The position numbers and the translations under genes are program-made. Under the pieces are notes generated by a model, which was not told where the DNA came from, made no database searches, and saw only the letters and a list, made by a program, of their open reading frames with translations. Below, one piece after another: positions 47,635-58,044 of a stretch of DNA of 64,000 bases (positions are counted from its first letter, which is position 1; each line of letters opens with the position of its first letter). The DNA is from Acidobacteriota bacterium (GTDB taxonomy: Bacteria; Acidobacteriota; CAIWXX01). The stretch covers positions 355,212 through 419,211 of the forward strand of contig JBFMAF010000032.1 in assembly GCA_040755995.1 (NCBI GenBank), given 5' to 3'.

Positions 47635-49062
47635 TCATTCCCCGGATCGCGGGCCGGCCCGCGGCGGGTCGAATTCGAATTCGATCGCGCCCAATCCCTC
47701 GCGCTTCGTCGACTTCGTGAGTCCCTTCCAGCGGCGGCGCGCGGCTTCGAACGCCTTGCCGGTGAGTTCGGTGGGCATTCGAGCGACCAGGTACTTGCTG
47801 ATCCGCCACGCGCATATTGCGTATGCGACTCTCAGGAATGACTCGAATGCCCGGCGGCCCCATGGGGCCGGGGTCACAGGCCTGAACCCGTACTCCGGCG
47901 CCCTCTCGCCACGGGATCGTCTGGTCGCAATCCGCAGGAAAGCGCCGCGTTTCTTGAAGTCGAGCATGTGCGAATGCATGTCGACTGTGGCGGCCTCGTC
48001 CACATTCTCCACCTCGAGCAGGCCCTGCCCAATCATCGCATCCAGGATGCGCTGCCCCGTCCCATTTCTCCCCATGATCAGCGAGAACCCCTTGCCGCGC
48101 TCCTCATACACGGGCGCCCATGCGTCGCCGCCCGAGATGTCGGCGAACTCGTTGGCCAGATCGGTGCAGAGAAGACAGCGCCGCATCATGTAGAACGGTA
48201 TGAGGTAGTTCGCGTAAAACTTCGGCATCTCCAGGACGCGCCCGCCTTCGAGCGTCACTCGCATCTTGCCGGGCCATTCGCCGGCACGGTACTCGAGCTT
48301 TCGTATCAGACGATAGTCGGTGACCCGATGCTTCGCGAGGAACCCGCGGACAGCGTCGAAGTGCAGGATGTTGCCGCAGTACGACCCGATCACGTGCGTG
48401 ATCTTGCGCGAGGCCGTCTGGCCTTCAATCTGCAGCTTTCGTATCGAGTGAACCTGGCAGGGGATTCCAATGAACGCCGCGCGGAATTCGGCAGGCTCTT
48501 GTTCCAGCCGCCGGAGGATGACGTTCGGAGGCGAGATGCTGTACTTGCTCTGAGCACACGCAATCACCTCGGCGCGAGTCCTGGCGACCTTGGGCTCGAA
48601 TCGCCACGGCTCGCCTGTCACCGGCCCCAGCGCGATGACACCGTCTACGATGCCTTGCTCGAGCAGGTAGATCGCAATCGCCGAGATCACGCCTCCCGAC
48701 GCGCCGGCGCGGCGCACCTCTTCATCGGCCGCGTGCCCGACGTACAGACTCCTGACGACGCCGAGGAACGGGTTCTGCGGCTGCGTTGCGTGAGCAAATT
48801 CGGCGAGGGTCGGAAAATGGACCTCGGCACCCGAGCAGCCGGCATAGCACGCGCCCCGGCAGCCGTCGCACGCCGCAGGACTTGCCAGCGCCGGGATGAC
48901 CTGGCCGAGCGGATCGCGGAACTCTACGACGCCGGGCGGACAGACACCGACACAAGACCCGCAGCGGGTGCAAAGCCCCGGATCGATGACCTCGCGCCTC
49001 AGGCGCTCGAACACTCCTTCAGCCACGCCGCTCTTCAGGCCCTCTGCCTCGCTCGAAGTCAC
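47635..49062 (-). CDS. FrhB/FdhB (F420 hydrogenase beta-like) family Fe-S protein
   Basis: CTRCGSCVGVCP, GASGGVIS, QSKY, GIPCQV, RCLLCTD..ADISGGDAW. Confidence 0.9.
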   Translation of the reverse strand: MTSSEAEGLKSGVAEGVFERLRREVIDPGLCTRCGSCVGVCPPGVVEFRDPLGQVIPALASPAACDGCRGACYAGCSGAEVHFPTLAEFAHATQPQNPFLGVVRSLYVGHAADEEVRRAGASGGVISAIAIYLLEQGIVDGVIALGPVTGEPWRFEPKVARTRAEVIACAQSKYSISPPNVILRRLEQEPAEFRAAFIGIPCQVHSIRKLQIEGQTASRKITHVIGSYCGNILHFDAVRGFLAKHRVTDYRLIRKLEYRAGEWPGKMRVTLEGGRVLEMPKFYANYLIPFYMMRRCLLCTDLANEFADISGGDAWAPVYEERGKGFSLIMGRNGTGQRILDAMIGQGLLEVENVDEAATVDMHSHMLDFKKRGAFLRIATRRSRGERAPEYGFRPVTPAPWGRRAFESFLRVAYAICAWRISKYLVARMPTELTGKAFEAARRRWKGLTKSTKREGLGAIEFEFDPPRAGPRSGE

Positions 49063-49132
49063 CTCACCTGAGTCCCAGTTGATGCACGGCGGCTCGTAGA
49101 GTTCCCTCTTTCAGATCCGCGCCGTGATGATT

Positions 49133-50719
49133 CTACTCCGGAGGCGGAGGAGGTGCCGGCCGGTTGGCCATGATGGCTGCGAGCCACTTCTCGCCCATCA
49201 CCTGGTAGCCCTGCTTGCTCGGGTGCGTCGAGTCGTCCATGAGCACGTCTTGCCAGTTTTGGGTCCTGGTGAACACACGGTACATGGCGATGAAAGCCAC
49301 GCCTTCGCTGTCCACCATCGCACGGATCGCCTTGTTCCAGCGCCTTGTATCGTGATTGCGCGGGTCGTATTCGTCTCGGCCCGTCCTCGGAATCAGGTTC
49401 GAGACGATCGGGACCGCGCCGATCGCGCGGCAGTCGGCGACCATCCGTCGCAGGTTGTCGGCGGTTATCGTGGAGGTGTAATGATAGTGCCGGCGGGTGA
49501 TGTCGTTGGTCCCCTCCATTATGCAAACGACCCCAGGCGACCGCCGTTCGATCACGTTCGGCAGGCGATAGACGCCGTTGGCCGTGACCTCGCCCCCCTT
49601 CCCCTCGTTGTGCACTTCGGCCGTGCCGTACGCGAGCGCCAGTTGCCCCCGCCAGTACGGGTAGAAGCAGTTGTCGTCGCTGCCCGTGTCCCTGTTGCCT
49701 TCCATGATGCTGTCGCCGAACCCGACGTATACGTCGTAGTTTGCGGTGGCAGCCGCACGGTTCGGTCGGGGCGGCGGCTGGTGCTCGGACCAGCGTTCCA
49801 TCGAATCCGGATCCAGCTCGAGAATCCAATCGGGCCCCAGAAAGAGCTTGCCGTCCAGCTTCGTCAAGGCGGCCGGCGACGAAAGGCGCGATATCTCGCG
49901 GACCACAGGGCGCTCATTCAACGCCGCCCCGAGCACGCGGTGCGCACCTCCGCCAGAAGATGGCCAGATCACCACCGGCACACTCCCTTCGACGAGCAGC
50001 GGCGGTGAGGCCTGCTCACCTTCGTAGGAGATCGCCGTTTCTTCGAACGTGCCGTCCTGCGCCTCCGTGTACGCGTAGATCCGAGAGCCGCCTTCGCCGA
50101 CCCCGAGACAGGCGACGACAAGACGGCCGCTGCCGTCGTAGATGATCTCAGGGCAGGTGCGAAGCTGGCCGCTCGGGCTGATCGCGCGCGCATCGCTCCA
50201 CCTGCCGTTCTCCCTTGCAACCAGGTAGATCCGCTCGACGCCTTCAACGACGGCACCCACGGCCACCGCAACGCGCCCGTCGCGCTCCGCCGCCGCGAAG
50301 CCTCCGATCTCATCGAAGCGCGCCAGCGGCACGCGGTCGCTTCGACATCCCTTCCTGTACCAGAGCTGCTCGTGACGGCCGTCGTCGGTCAGATACAACA
50401 GGCTCCCTCCTGCCAGAAGAGGCTGCCTCGCCCCGCTGATCGACCGGATCACGGTGTGGCTCTCGCGAGCAGGGTCGATCGCGAGCAGCTTCACGCCGGA
50501 CCTCGTCTGAATCGCAGCGAGAACCGACCCCGTCGTCTGCCGTTCGAACGACGGCCACACGAACGAGGGCAGCTGCATCCTCACTCCAGAGCCCGTCAGA
50601 GTTATCGAGATGCCGGCCGGTGCGATCTGGTAGACCGTTCCTTCGGCATCCTGCATGTGCAAAGCGAATGCTGGCGCGCACGCGGCCAGGAGACACGCAA
50701 TCGCAATCATGCCCTTCAT
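49133..50719 (-). CDS. Secreted protein with C-terminal SGNH/GDSL hydrolase domain
   Basis: Signal peptide; FGDSI, NEGKGGE, EGTND, DSTHP. Confidence 0.85.
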   Translation of the reverse strand: MKGMIAIACLLAACAPAFALHMQDAEGTVYQIAPAGISITLTGSGVRMQLPSFVWPSFERQTTGSVLAAIQTRSGVKLLAIDPARESHTVIRSISGARQPLLAGGSLLYLTDDGRHEQLWYRKGCRSDRVPLARFDEIGGFAAAERDGRVAVAVGAVVEGVERIYLVARENGRWSDARAISPSGQLRTCPEIIYDGSGRLVVACLGVGEGGSRIYAYTEAQDGTFEETAISYEGEQASPPLLVEGSVPVVIWPSSGGGAHRVLGAALNERPVVREISRLSSPAALTKLDGKLFLGPDWILELDPDSMERWSEHQPPPRPNRAAATANYDVYVGFGDSIMEGNRDTGSDDNCFYPYWRGQLALAYGTAEVHNEGKGGEVTANGVYRLPNVIERRSPGVVCIMEGTNDITRRHYHYTSTITADNLRRMVADCRAIGAVPIVSNLIPRTGRDEYDPRNHDTRRWNKAIRAMVDSEGVAFIAMYRVFTRTQNWQDVLMDDSTHPSKQGYQVMGEKWLAAIMANRPAPPPPPE

Positions 50720-50754
50720 GGCACAAGTCCTCCTCAACGGAGCACAAGTATAGA

Positions 50755-50784
50755 ATGCAAGAGGCAAAATGCAAAGTGCAAAAT
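50755..50784. repeat. (AAATGCA)n heptamer array
   Basis: atgcaagaggcaaaatgcaaagtgcaaaat. Confidence 0.7.
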
Positions 50785-50916
50785 CGAAGATGCGAACCCC
50801 TTGCTCGCCGACTTCTCATCCAGTCAGGCGGATACGTCGGGGTTGGCCGCCCGCGGGATGGCGGCCTCGATCTCCCGCAACTTCCTCGATGACCGGGCGC
50901 TCCCGGAGCCGCCTGC

Positions 50917-51981
50917 TCAGGCGCGCTCGGGTAACGTCTCCGGCGTGGATTGGGCGCGGGGCGGAGAGGAGCCCTCGGCCGGGACATTGAGGGTGGGGCT
51001 CTCCCCCAAAAGCCTTTCCAGCTTCACCACACCCGACACCACCGCAGAGGGCGCGCCGCACGACGGGCAGTCCAGCGGCCGTCCATCAGAGATGCTCTCG
51101 ATCAATCGTGCCCACGACACCAGGGGACTCTCGTCGCCGCACGCGAGGCAGCGGACCCTGACCTGGGTCTGGAGGACGACGGCATTCTGGGACGCCGCGG
51201 CCGCCAGTTCTTCGTGGGCGCCGAAGTGCTCGCGATACCACTTCGCGTAGTGGTGCTTGGCCCACTGGCGGTCAACGCGGCCGGAGAACATTCCGCTCAG
51301 TCCGATTCGGGTGTCCGGATTGACCACCGCCATGAAGATGTGCCCCAAGATAAGTGGCGCCGACAGGATCGCCACGCCGACGTGCACGACCCAAGGGACG
51401 AAATGCAACCCGGGCATCAAGATGATCACACCGGTCGCGATCAGGAGCGGATAGGTCAACATCAGGCTCATGAAGTTCAGCTTCTCGCCAGCGTTGAACT
51501 TGTGCTGATCCGGGAGTTTGACCTTGCGGCTCAGGGAGGCCGGAACGATCAGGACGAGCCACTTGATGTCGTCGAACGCCCAGGACCACGCGCGCTTGAC
51601 GTTGTAACAGAACAGCCTGAGGTCCTTGCGGTGCCGGAGCGCGCACCAGGCCGGGAGCAGCAACAGGAAAGCGCCCGAGGCCCGATGTACCCACTGCAGC
51701 GCCATGTGCGTTGATGACTGGGGGTGAAGGCGGTTATAGAACAGCTTCATTACGACGCCGGTCGCGAGGCATAGCAGGAACGGGACGGCGATTGTCCAGT
51801 GCAACGATCGCTCCGACCGCCTGAACCGCAGGATCTCGCGCGAGACGGTGGCGGGGGCGCGGGGGGTGGCCGGGGGGCTGGTGACTTGATGCGTCGCGCC
51901 AGCCGCCAGACGGTCGCACGGTACCACTTGGCGAGCTGTCTCCTGAGCCGGAGGACGGCAGGCGGTGCCAGCGGGCGACAT
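50917..51981 (-). CDS. Cytochrome b (FdnI/formate dehydrogenase gamma-like) with C-terminal CxxC..CxxC motif
   Basis: RFRRSERSLHW, HRASG, KFNAGEK, HIFMA, MFSGRVDRQWAKHHYAKWY; start uncertain. Confidence 0.8.
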   Translation of the reverse strand: MSPAGTACRPPAQETARQVVPCDRLAAGATHQVTSPPATPRAPATVSREILRFRRSERSLHWTIAVPFLLCLATGVVMKLFYNRLHPQSSTHMALQWVHRASGAFLLLLPAWCALRHRKDLRLFCYNVKRAWSWAFDDIKWLVLIVPASLSRKVKLPDQHKFNAGEKLNFMSLMLTYPLLIATGVIILMPGLHFVPWVVHVGVAILSAPLILGHIFMAVVNPDTRIGLSGMFSGRVDRQWAKHHYAKWYREHFGAHEELAAAASQNAVVLQTQVRVRCLACGDESPLVSWARLIESISDGRPLDCPSCGAPSAVVSGVVKLERLLGESPTLNVPAEGSSPPRAQSTPETLPERA

Positions 51982-52539
51982 GCGTGCCTCGACGCCCTCG
52001 CGGCATGCGAGGGGGCCCGCCTCGCCCGCGCCCGGGGCCTTCGCCGACAGCTGCGGATCCGCCTCGGTCGGTCCACGAGCCGTGGTGCTACCTAGATGCC
52101 TCGTCGGGCTTCCCCGGGGAGATGTCATGGGCTTGATCGGCTCGCGAGCATCCCTCGCGGTCGTCGCGAGATTGTCACAACAATGAGAACGCTCCATCGT
52201 ATCACACACCTGTGACCCTACGAACCGGTTTCCTGCCCCGGACCATTCTACATAAGAGGCTTTCTGGAGGAATGTGATCCACGTCACACCAGGGGCCGGC
52301 ATCGGCTCGGCCCCCGCTCGGCAACAGCCTGTACGAGCCGCGCTTCAGGACGGCACGCGGCTCTCATCAGCCGCCGGTTCCGCGCCGTTCAGGATGATCG
52401 CCCGGTACTCGTTGACAACCCATTCATCCATGGCAGAACATTCGCCTGCGGCATCCCACGATTCGTACACGTCATGATGGAGGGCCTTGATACTCGCGAA
52501 GAAGCCTCCCACAGCATCACGAACCGCCAGCCGTCCAGA

Positions 52540-53913
52540 TCAACGGCGGGCTGCGAAGGCGTCGCCGCCGCGGCGGATGAACAGTACCATCGCAGAAATC
52601 AGCAGCCCCGGGAAAATGGGCTCGATGCCGAAGATGTAGGCGCCGTTGAGATCTTTGAACACTATCGAGAGAAGGGTGAAGCAGGATGCCGCGACGATGG
52701 ACGCAGTCACGCGATTCCCTGGGATCGGACGCTTCGACCAGTAGCCGAGGAGGATGGGCAGGAGCAGCGCAGCGGTTGTGATGGACCCGACGTTGTGCCA
52801 CAGGCGGACGATGGACTTCGCGTACGCTGCCAACCCGGCAGAGAGCCCTGCTGCCACGAGACATCCCGCGCGCGCTCTTCGGCGCGCCGGGTCGTCATCA
52901 GATGGACAATAGATGTCTCTTCCCAGAATCTCGCCTGCGATGAACAAGTAGCCATGCAGCGTCGACATCACCGTGGAAAGCATCCCTACGAAGAACAGGC
53001 CGGCCAGGACAGGGGGGAGATACTTGGCGCCCAGCTCCGGAAACGACATCGTCGGTGATTCGGTGGCGGGCAGGAGGGCGCGAGCATAGAGCCCGGTGAA
53101 CGTGGTCATGAAGTCGAACAGGATCCAGAAGCCGATGGATGCAAGGATGCCCCAGCGAGCCGTGGCGGCGGACCGCGCCGCATAGCAGCGCTGGTAGAAC
53201 GCGGGCTCCACCAAAGTCGAAGCGGCGATGACATACCAGACAACGACAGACTGGACCTCCACCCCCCCATGCCACGTGAGGTGCGCGGCCGGAAGCGAGG
53301 AGGTGAGGGTGCCCCAGCCCCCGTACGCCAGGAACAGGCGCGGGAGCATCACCGCGAAGCCGGCAAACATCAGGACGAACTGGATGACGTCCGTGTCGAT
53401 GACCGATCGCAGGCCGCCGTAGTACACGTATGCCAGCGTGAAAAGCGTTCCGGCCAGGATGGCCCACGTCAAGTTGATGCCGAAAACGAACGAGAGTATC
53501 AGGCCGAGCTCGAGCGAGTACACGGCCGGGATCGTGGTGACGAAGAGCACAACCGAGCCGGCCAGGCCGGCAGTCCGGCCGTATCTCTCGTTCAGCAGAT
53601 CCGGCAGGCTGGTATGCTTTCTGATATGCGCCTCGCGGCTCATGAAGAGCGCGAAGACCGCGGCCCAGAGGTAGTAGGGGATTCCGAAGACGATCCAGTT
53701 CGAGATCCCGTGCTTGAACGTGTACTCGCCTACACCCAGCACGCCCCCGTACCAGGTCGACACAAGCGAGGCGACGAAGGCCGGTAATGTCACGCGGCGC
53801 GCCGCCACGAAGTAGTCGCCGCTGGTTTCTCCGCGGCGCCTGAAGCGCAGCATCGGCAGGAATAGCGTGACTCCATAGATCAGCAGTAGCACGAGGTCCC
53901 AGCGGCCCAACAT
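52540..53913 (-). CDS. Sodium:solute symporter family protein (probable thiamine/precursor uptake)
   Basis: DYFVAAR, STWYGG, GGLRSVIDTDVIQF, YQRCYAA, many TM helices; downstream of the TPP riboswitch and TonB receptor. Confidence 0.88.
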   Translation of the reverse strand: MLGRWDLVLLLIYGVTLFLPMLRFRRRGETSGDYFVAARRVTLPAFVASLVSTWYGGVLGVGEYTFKHGISNWIVFGIPYYLWAAVFALFMSREAHIRKHTSLPDLLNERYGRTAGLAGSVVLFVTTIPAVYSLELGLILSFVFGINLTWAILAGTLFTLAYVYYGGLRSVIDTDVIQFVLMFAGFAVMLPRLFLAYGGWGTLTSSLPAAHLTWHGGVEVQSVVVWYVIAASTLVEPAFYQRCYAARSAATARWGILASIGFWILFDFMTTFTGLYARALLPATESPTMSFPELGAKYLPPVLAGLFFVGMLSTVMSTLHGYLFIAGEILGRDIYCPSDDDPARRRARAGCLVAAGLSAGLAAYAKSIVRLWHNVGSITTAALLLPILLGYWSKRPIPGNRVTASIVAASCFTLLSIVFKDLNGAYIFGIEPIFPGLLISAMVLFIRRGGDAFAARR

Positions 53914-53916
53914 CGC

Positions 53917-53949
53917 GATTTCAGATTTCAGGTTGCAGATGGCAGATTG
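53917..53949 (+). repeat. AGATTTC-family heptamer array
   Basis: gatttcagatttcaggttgcagatggcagattg immediately upstream of the SSS start codon. Confidence 0.72.
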
Positions 53950-54058
53950 AGGAGACAGGGTCCGTCGGGCGCGGAGCGCGTCGCTCGTGCGTGCCGAGAA
54001 CGTGGACGTTTGCGCTGACGTCGACGTTCACGACGAGACTGGCCAACCCGGCTCTCCC

Positions 54059-56467
54059 TCAGAAGTTCACGTCTAGCGTCAGAAATGCGTTGCGCGTCGC
54101 GGCGGGGATCCAGTATGGAGTGCCATCCTCGACGTAGCCGGCGCTCTCGTAGAGCGTGTCAAACACGTTGTTGATCTGCAGGCTCAGGCGCGCATCGATG
54201 CCGTCGACGGGCAGCCTGTAATGCACCGACAGGTTGAGGCTCGTGTACGGGTCGATGACCTTGTCGATGTACCCGGGTGCGTCCCGGCGTTCCGGGTTGC
54301 GCCGCTCGTTCTCGCTCTGGTCGATGAACTGCTCGCCGGCGTAGAACAGCCGCACCTCGGCAGCCCAGCTTCCGGAGTCGTATCCAACCATCACGTTGGC
54401 GATCTGCTTCGGGAAGCCGCCCATCACGTTGCCATCGCGGATCTCGGGCCCGTCCCAGGTGTATTCGGTGTACTCCTGGAGAATGTTCCTGTTGAGCGCC
54501 GCGTTGGCACGCGCGTAGAAGCTCAGAGGCAGCCTGGCATCGACGGCCAGCTCGATCCCCTGGTGGTATGACCTGCGCGCGTTGCCCGTGATGGGGCTGC
54601 CGTTGTCATCGAGCTGCCCGCCGTAGATGACTTCGTTCCGGAAGTCCATGTGGAACGCGGTGAGCTCGATCGAGAGGCGGTCGCGCGAGTAGCTCCACCC
54701 GAGCTCGTAGTCGTAGAGACGCTCGGGGTCCACCAGCGGGTCACGGTATGGGTTGCTCTGTGCGAACAGCGGCACCGAGTAGGGGTCCTGCGGGTCGTAG
54801 ATGTCCTTGAATGCGGGCTCGCGCCCCGACATCGCGAAGTTGACAAAGAGCCGCTGGCGCGGCACCGGGTTGTAAGTCACGCCGATGCGGGGGCTGACGA
54901 TCGGGAAGCTCGTCTTGAAGTCGACCTGCTTGAATCGGTCGTCGAGCATCTGGATCCGGCTGCTTTTCACCTGCAGCTCGGCGACACCCGTGACCTTGTC
55001 TGTGAACCTGTGCGTGTCGCGCACGTACACTGAGCCGCTCCATTTGCGCACCTTGTAGTCGTAGTAGGGATGCTCCGGCAGCGTGCCCGGCGGAAGGATC
55101 GCGCCCCACATGACGTACGCGTAGTGCCGGTCGTGATGGTACTGGACGTCGCCGCCGAACATGAACGTGTCCCGCCCGCGCTCCCATGAGAGTCTGGAGA
55201 TCAATCCAAGCTGTCCCTGATCGGTGCGCCGCTGGCGTACCATGTCGGTGCGGTCCACATAGGTGCCGTCGGGGAGGTAGAAAGGCTCGAGATTGTACTG
55301 CCAATATCTGCGATTCGTCCGGAACTGCTCGTAGTAGCCCGACCCTTTGATGTAGTAGGCCGCGTTCGAGAGTGTCAGACTGTTCGAGAGCTGGATATCG
55401 CTCAACCATTCGACGTGAGGCTGGTTGAAGTGATCGATCTCGCCGGGGTACGAAAGCGGGTTGTACTTCCGGTCGTTGCGGGCGTCTCCGGTGATCTTTC
55501 CTTCGAGATAGTCGCGCGTGACGCCGTCGTATGCCAGGTGTGTCTCCTCGGGGCCGCCGTATACGCGCAGGCGGTTCACCATCTTCTCATCGTACCGCTC
55601 CATCGAGACGAAGTATGACCAGGTATCGGTCCACGAGAGATCGCGGTAGCCGTCGGAGTGGATTCGGGAGAGCCTGCCGTAGATGGCGTACTTGGAGCCC
55701 AGCAGGCCCGAGTGGAAGGCCAGCGAGTAGCGGCTCGAATCGTAAGTGCCGGCGCCGGCGCTGAACGAAAACCTGCGATCCATTCTGGGCTGCGCGGTCT
55801 CGAGGTTGATGAAGCCTCCGAGGTTCGATCCGCCGTAAAGCGCTGTGCCGACACCGCGCTGAATCTGGACCGATTCGGTATTGGCCGGCAGATCCGGGTA
55901 GTCGATCCAGAAGACCTCGCCGCTCTCCGGATCGTTGTGCGGGATCCCGTCGATGAGCACCGAGACGCGCTTCTGATCGAACCCGCGGACTTTGAGATAC
56001 GAGTAGCCGATGCCATTGCCGTTGTCCGAGTAAGCGTAGAGGTTGCTCGTGCGCGCCAGCAGTATCGGCACGTCCTGCGCCCAGTAGCTCTTCTCGATCT
56101 CCTCGGCGGTGAGATCGGAGTGGCTGCGCGGTGTCGTGCCGTCCACCGCCCGCTCGGAGGACACCAAGACCGACTCGCGCATAGGGATGATCGCGGTCAG
56201 GCGGACCACGACGTCCGCGGGGACTCGTGTCTCGATCGTATCCGCGTAGTATCCATCCGCCGACACCTCGATCGTGACCCGATCTCGATCGAGTTGGATC
56301 GTGAATCGGCCGTCCTGGCCGGTCCGAGCGTCTACGCCGCCCGCGCTCAGGCGCGCATCCGCCACCGGCGTTCCTTCGCGATCGGTGACGGTACCTTTGA
56401 GCTCGGCTCCGAGCGCCACCGCTGTGCCGAGCAGCGAGACCACCAAAGCCAATGTGAGTGTTCGCAT
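54059..56467 (-). CDS. TonB-dependent receptor (probable thiamine receptor)
   Basis: Signal peptide, plug motifs VRGFDQKR..IDGIPHND..IQRG, C-terminal NNVFD..Y..RN..VNF. Confidence 0.93.
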   Translation of the reverse strand: MRTLTLALVVSLLGTAVALGAELKGTVTDREGTPVADARLSAGGVDARTGQDGRFTIQLDRDRVTIEVSADGYYADTIETRVPADVVVRLTAIIPMRESVLVSSERAVDGTTPRSHSDLTAEEIEKSYWAQDVPILLARTSNLYAYSDNGNGIGYSYLKVRGFDQKRVSVLIDGIPHNDPESGEVFWIDYPDLPANTESVQIQRGVGTALYGGSNLGGFINLETAQPRMDRRFSFSAGAGTYDSSRYSLAFHSGLLGSKYAIYGRLSRIHSDGYRDLSWTDTWSYFVSMERYDEKMVNRLRVYGGPEETHLAYDGVTRDYLEGKITGDARNDRKYNPLSYPGEIDHFNQPHVEWLSDIQLSNSLTLSNAAYYIKGSGYYEQFRTNRRYWQYNLEPFYLPDGTYVDRTDMVRQRRTDQGQLGLISRLSWERGRDTFMFGGDVQYHHDRHYAYVMWGAILPPGTLPEHPYYDYKVRKWSGSVYVRDTHRFTDKVTGVAELQVKSSRIQMLDDRFKQVDFKTSFPIVSPRIGVTYNPVPRQRLFVNFAMSGREPAFKDIYDPQDPYSVPLFAQSNPYRDPLVDPERLYDYELGWSYSRDRLSIELTAFHMDFRNEVIYGGQLDDNGSPITGNARRSYHQGIELAVDARLPLSFYARANAALNRNILQEYTEYTWDGPEIRDGNVMGGFPKQIANVMVGYDSGSWAAEVRLFYAGEQFIDQSENERRNPERRDAPGYIDKVIDPYTSLNLSVHYRLPVDGIDARLSLQINNVFDTLYESAGYVEDGTPYWIPAATRNAFLTLDVNF

Positions 56468-56531
56468 CTACGCCTCCTCTGGAAGGAGCCGCAGGGAAAC
56501 GGCCCGTCTGGGCGCTGGCTGGGACCTCTGC

Positions 56532-56612
56532 GTTTCCCTACGCCGGTATTACCCGGATCAGGTTCGAAGGGTGTTTCTCAGCCCGGGCCCCACGGACCCG
56601 AGCACCCCTGTC
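56532..56612 (-). promoter_or_regulatory. TPP riboswitch
   Basis: Minus strand: AGGGGTGC..GGCTGAGAAACACCCTTCGAACCTGATCCGGGTAATACCGGCGTAGGGAA, the canonical THI-box. Confidence 0.95.
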
Positions 56613-56694
56613 AGATCCCACGAGAATTATGGGCAGAAGAAGACCCCGGTGTCAAGTGACGGACGGACCTTCCGGACCCTCGGATACGCATCGG

Positions 56695-56817
56695 TCAGAA
56701 TAGTGCATCGAGCGTCAGCGAGGTCGCGACCAGCTCCTTGGCGTAGGCGTTGTCCGTCACCCCGAAGCTCGTGACCATGGTTAGAAACACTTTCTTCTTG
56801 GTACCGGTCGCCCTTCG
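56695..56817 (-). pseudogene. C-terminal remnant of an AAA-family ATP-binding protein
   Basis: RATGTKKKVFLTMVTSFGVTDNAYAKELVATSLTLDALF* resembles the ..T.tkK...tm.TtyG..N...LddLF ending I recall for such ATPases; body of the gene absent. Confidence 0.6.
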
Positions 56818-56997
56818 CCCGCAGTTCAGCGTCTTATATCCAGCCAGAACATACACCAGAGTATTGCTTTTGGCTAGATATAATTTCCCTTAGTCAGCCA
56901 GAACCTGCCCTTGATGCCCGTTTCTGGCCGTGGATTGCGACCAGTGCCGTGCGCCTCCGATTTGCCTCCACGGCCGGCCGGTGCTACATTCCCGCGC

Positions 56998-57921
56998 ATG
57001 ATCCAGGCGCTGCAACAGAAGTTCCCGCGAGTGCAGTTCATCCTCGACGAGTCGCTGGCGCTGCACACGACGATCCGAATCGGCGGACCGGCCGCCGCGT
57101 GGACCGTCGCCGCAGACGAATCGCTTCTGGTGGAGCTCCTCGGATGCCTGAATGAGATCGGGATGAGACACCTGCTGATGGGAGGCGGGAGCAATCTGCT
57201 CTTCGACTCAGCCGGTCTCGAAGGCGTCGCAATCGCGAACGAAGTTCGCTGGCTCCGCCGAATTGAAGACGGCATCGAGTGTTCGGGCGGGGTGGAGCTG
57301 CGGGAGCTGGTGCGGTTCGCAAGCGAAGAGGGGCTCGAGGGGCTGGAGTTCGCGACGGGAATCCCGGGGTCGGTCGGAGGCGCATTGGCGGGCAACGCCG
57401 GCGCTTACGGATCGAACATAGGCGAGATCACGCGATCATCGCGCCTTCTGCGCGCCGGCTCGGTCCAGACCGTCGACGCAGACTACTTCCAGTTCGGCTA
57501 CAGACGCAGCCACCTGCAGACAACCGGCGAGACGATACTCTCCGTGCGACTTCGCCTGGATCGCGCGAGAAACGTCGCGGCGTCGCGAAAACGATGCGCC
57601 GAGATCCTTGCCGATCGCGCGCGCAAGCACCCGGGGCCGGACGTCCCGTCCGCCGGGAGCTACTTCAAGAACCTTGACCGGTTCGACGAGTCGGGCCGCA
57701 GGATTCCTGCCGGCCTGCTGCTGGACCAGGTGCGTTGCAGGGGGCTGAGAATAGGCGGAGCCCAGGTCTACGAAAAGCATGCGAACATCATCGTGAATCG
57801 AGGCGACGCCACCTCCGGCGACATCCTCGCCTTGGCCGCCGAGATGCGCCGGCGCGTGCTTGAGGAGTTTGGCGTGGAGCTTCAGCCGGAGGTTAGGTAC
57901 ATCCCGCCCGTTGTGGTGTGA
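56998..57921 (+). CDS. murB: UDP-N-acetylenolpyruvoylglucosamine reductase
   Basis: HTTIRIGGPA, GGGSNLL, GIPGSVGGA..NAGAYG, FGYRRS, SAGSYFKN, KHANIIVN, LQPEV. Confidence 0.95.
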   Translation: MIQALQQKFPRVQFILDESLALHTTIRIGGPAAAWTVAADESLLVELLGCLNEIGMRHLLMGGGSNLLFDSAGLEGVAIANEVRWLRRIEDGIECSGGVELRELVRFASEEGLEGLEFATGIPGSVGGALAGNAGAYGSNIGEITRSSRLLRAGSVQTVDADYFQFGYRRSHLQTTGETILSVRLRLDRARNVAASRKRCAEILADRARKHPGPDVPSAGSYFKNLDRFDESGRRIPAGLLLDQVRCRGLRIGGAQVYEKHANIIVNRGDATSGDILALAAEMRRRVLEEFGVELQPEVRYIPPVVV

Positions 57922-58044
57922 TTGCCCCCTAGGCGACGCCGAAAGGTGTCAACGCTGATGGCCGCTTCTCTCAACTGTCAACTGCCAACTTCACCCATCC
58001 ACCCCGGGACCCGACTGCGGCCCCGGGCTTTCGAGAGGAATCAG

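Noticed and set aside
52344..52431. 28-codon minus-strand ORF MDEWVVNEYRAIILNG..
   Set aside because: No recognisable motif or clear SD; cannot be supported.
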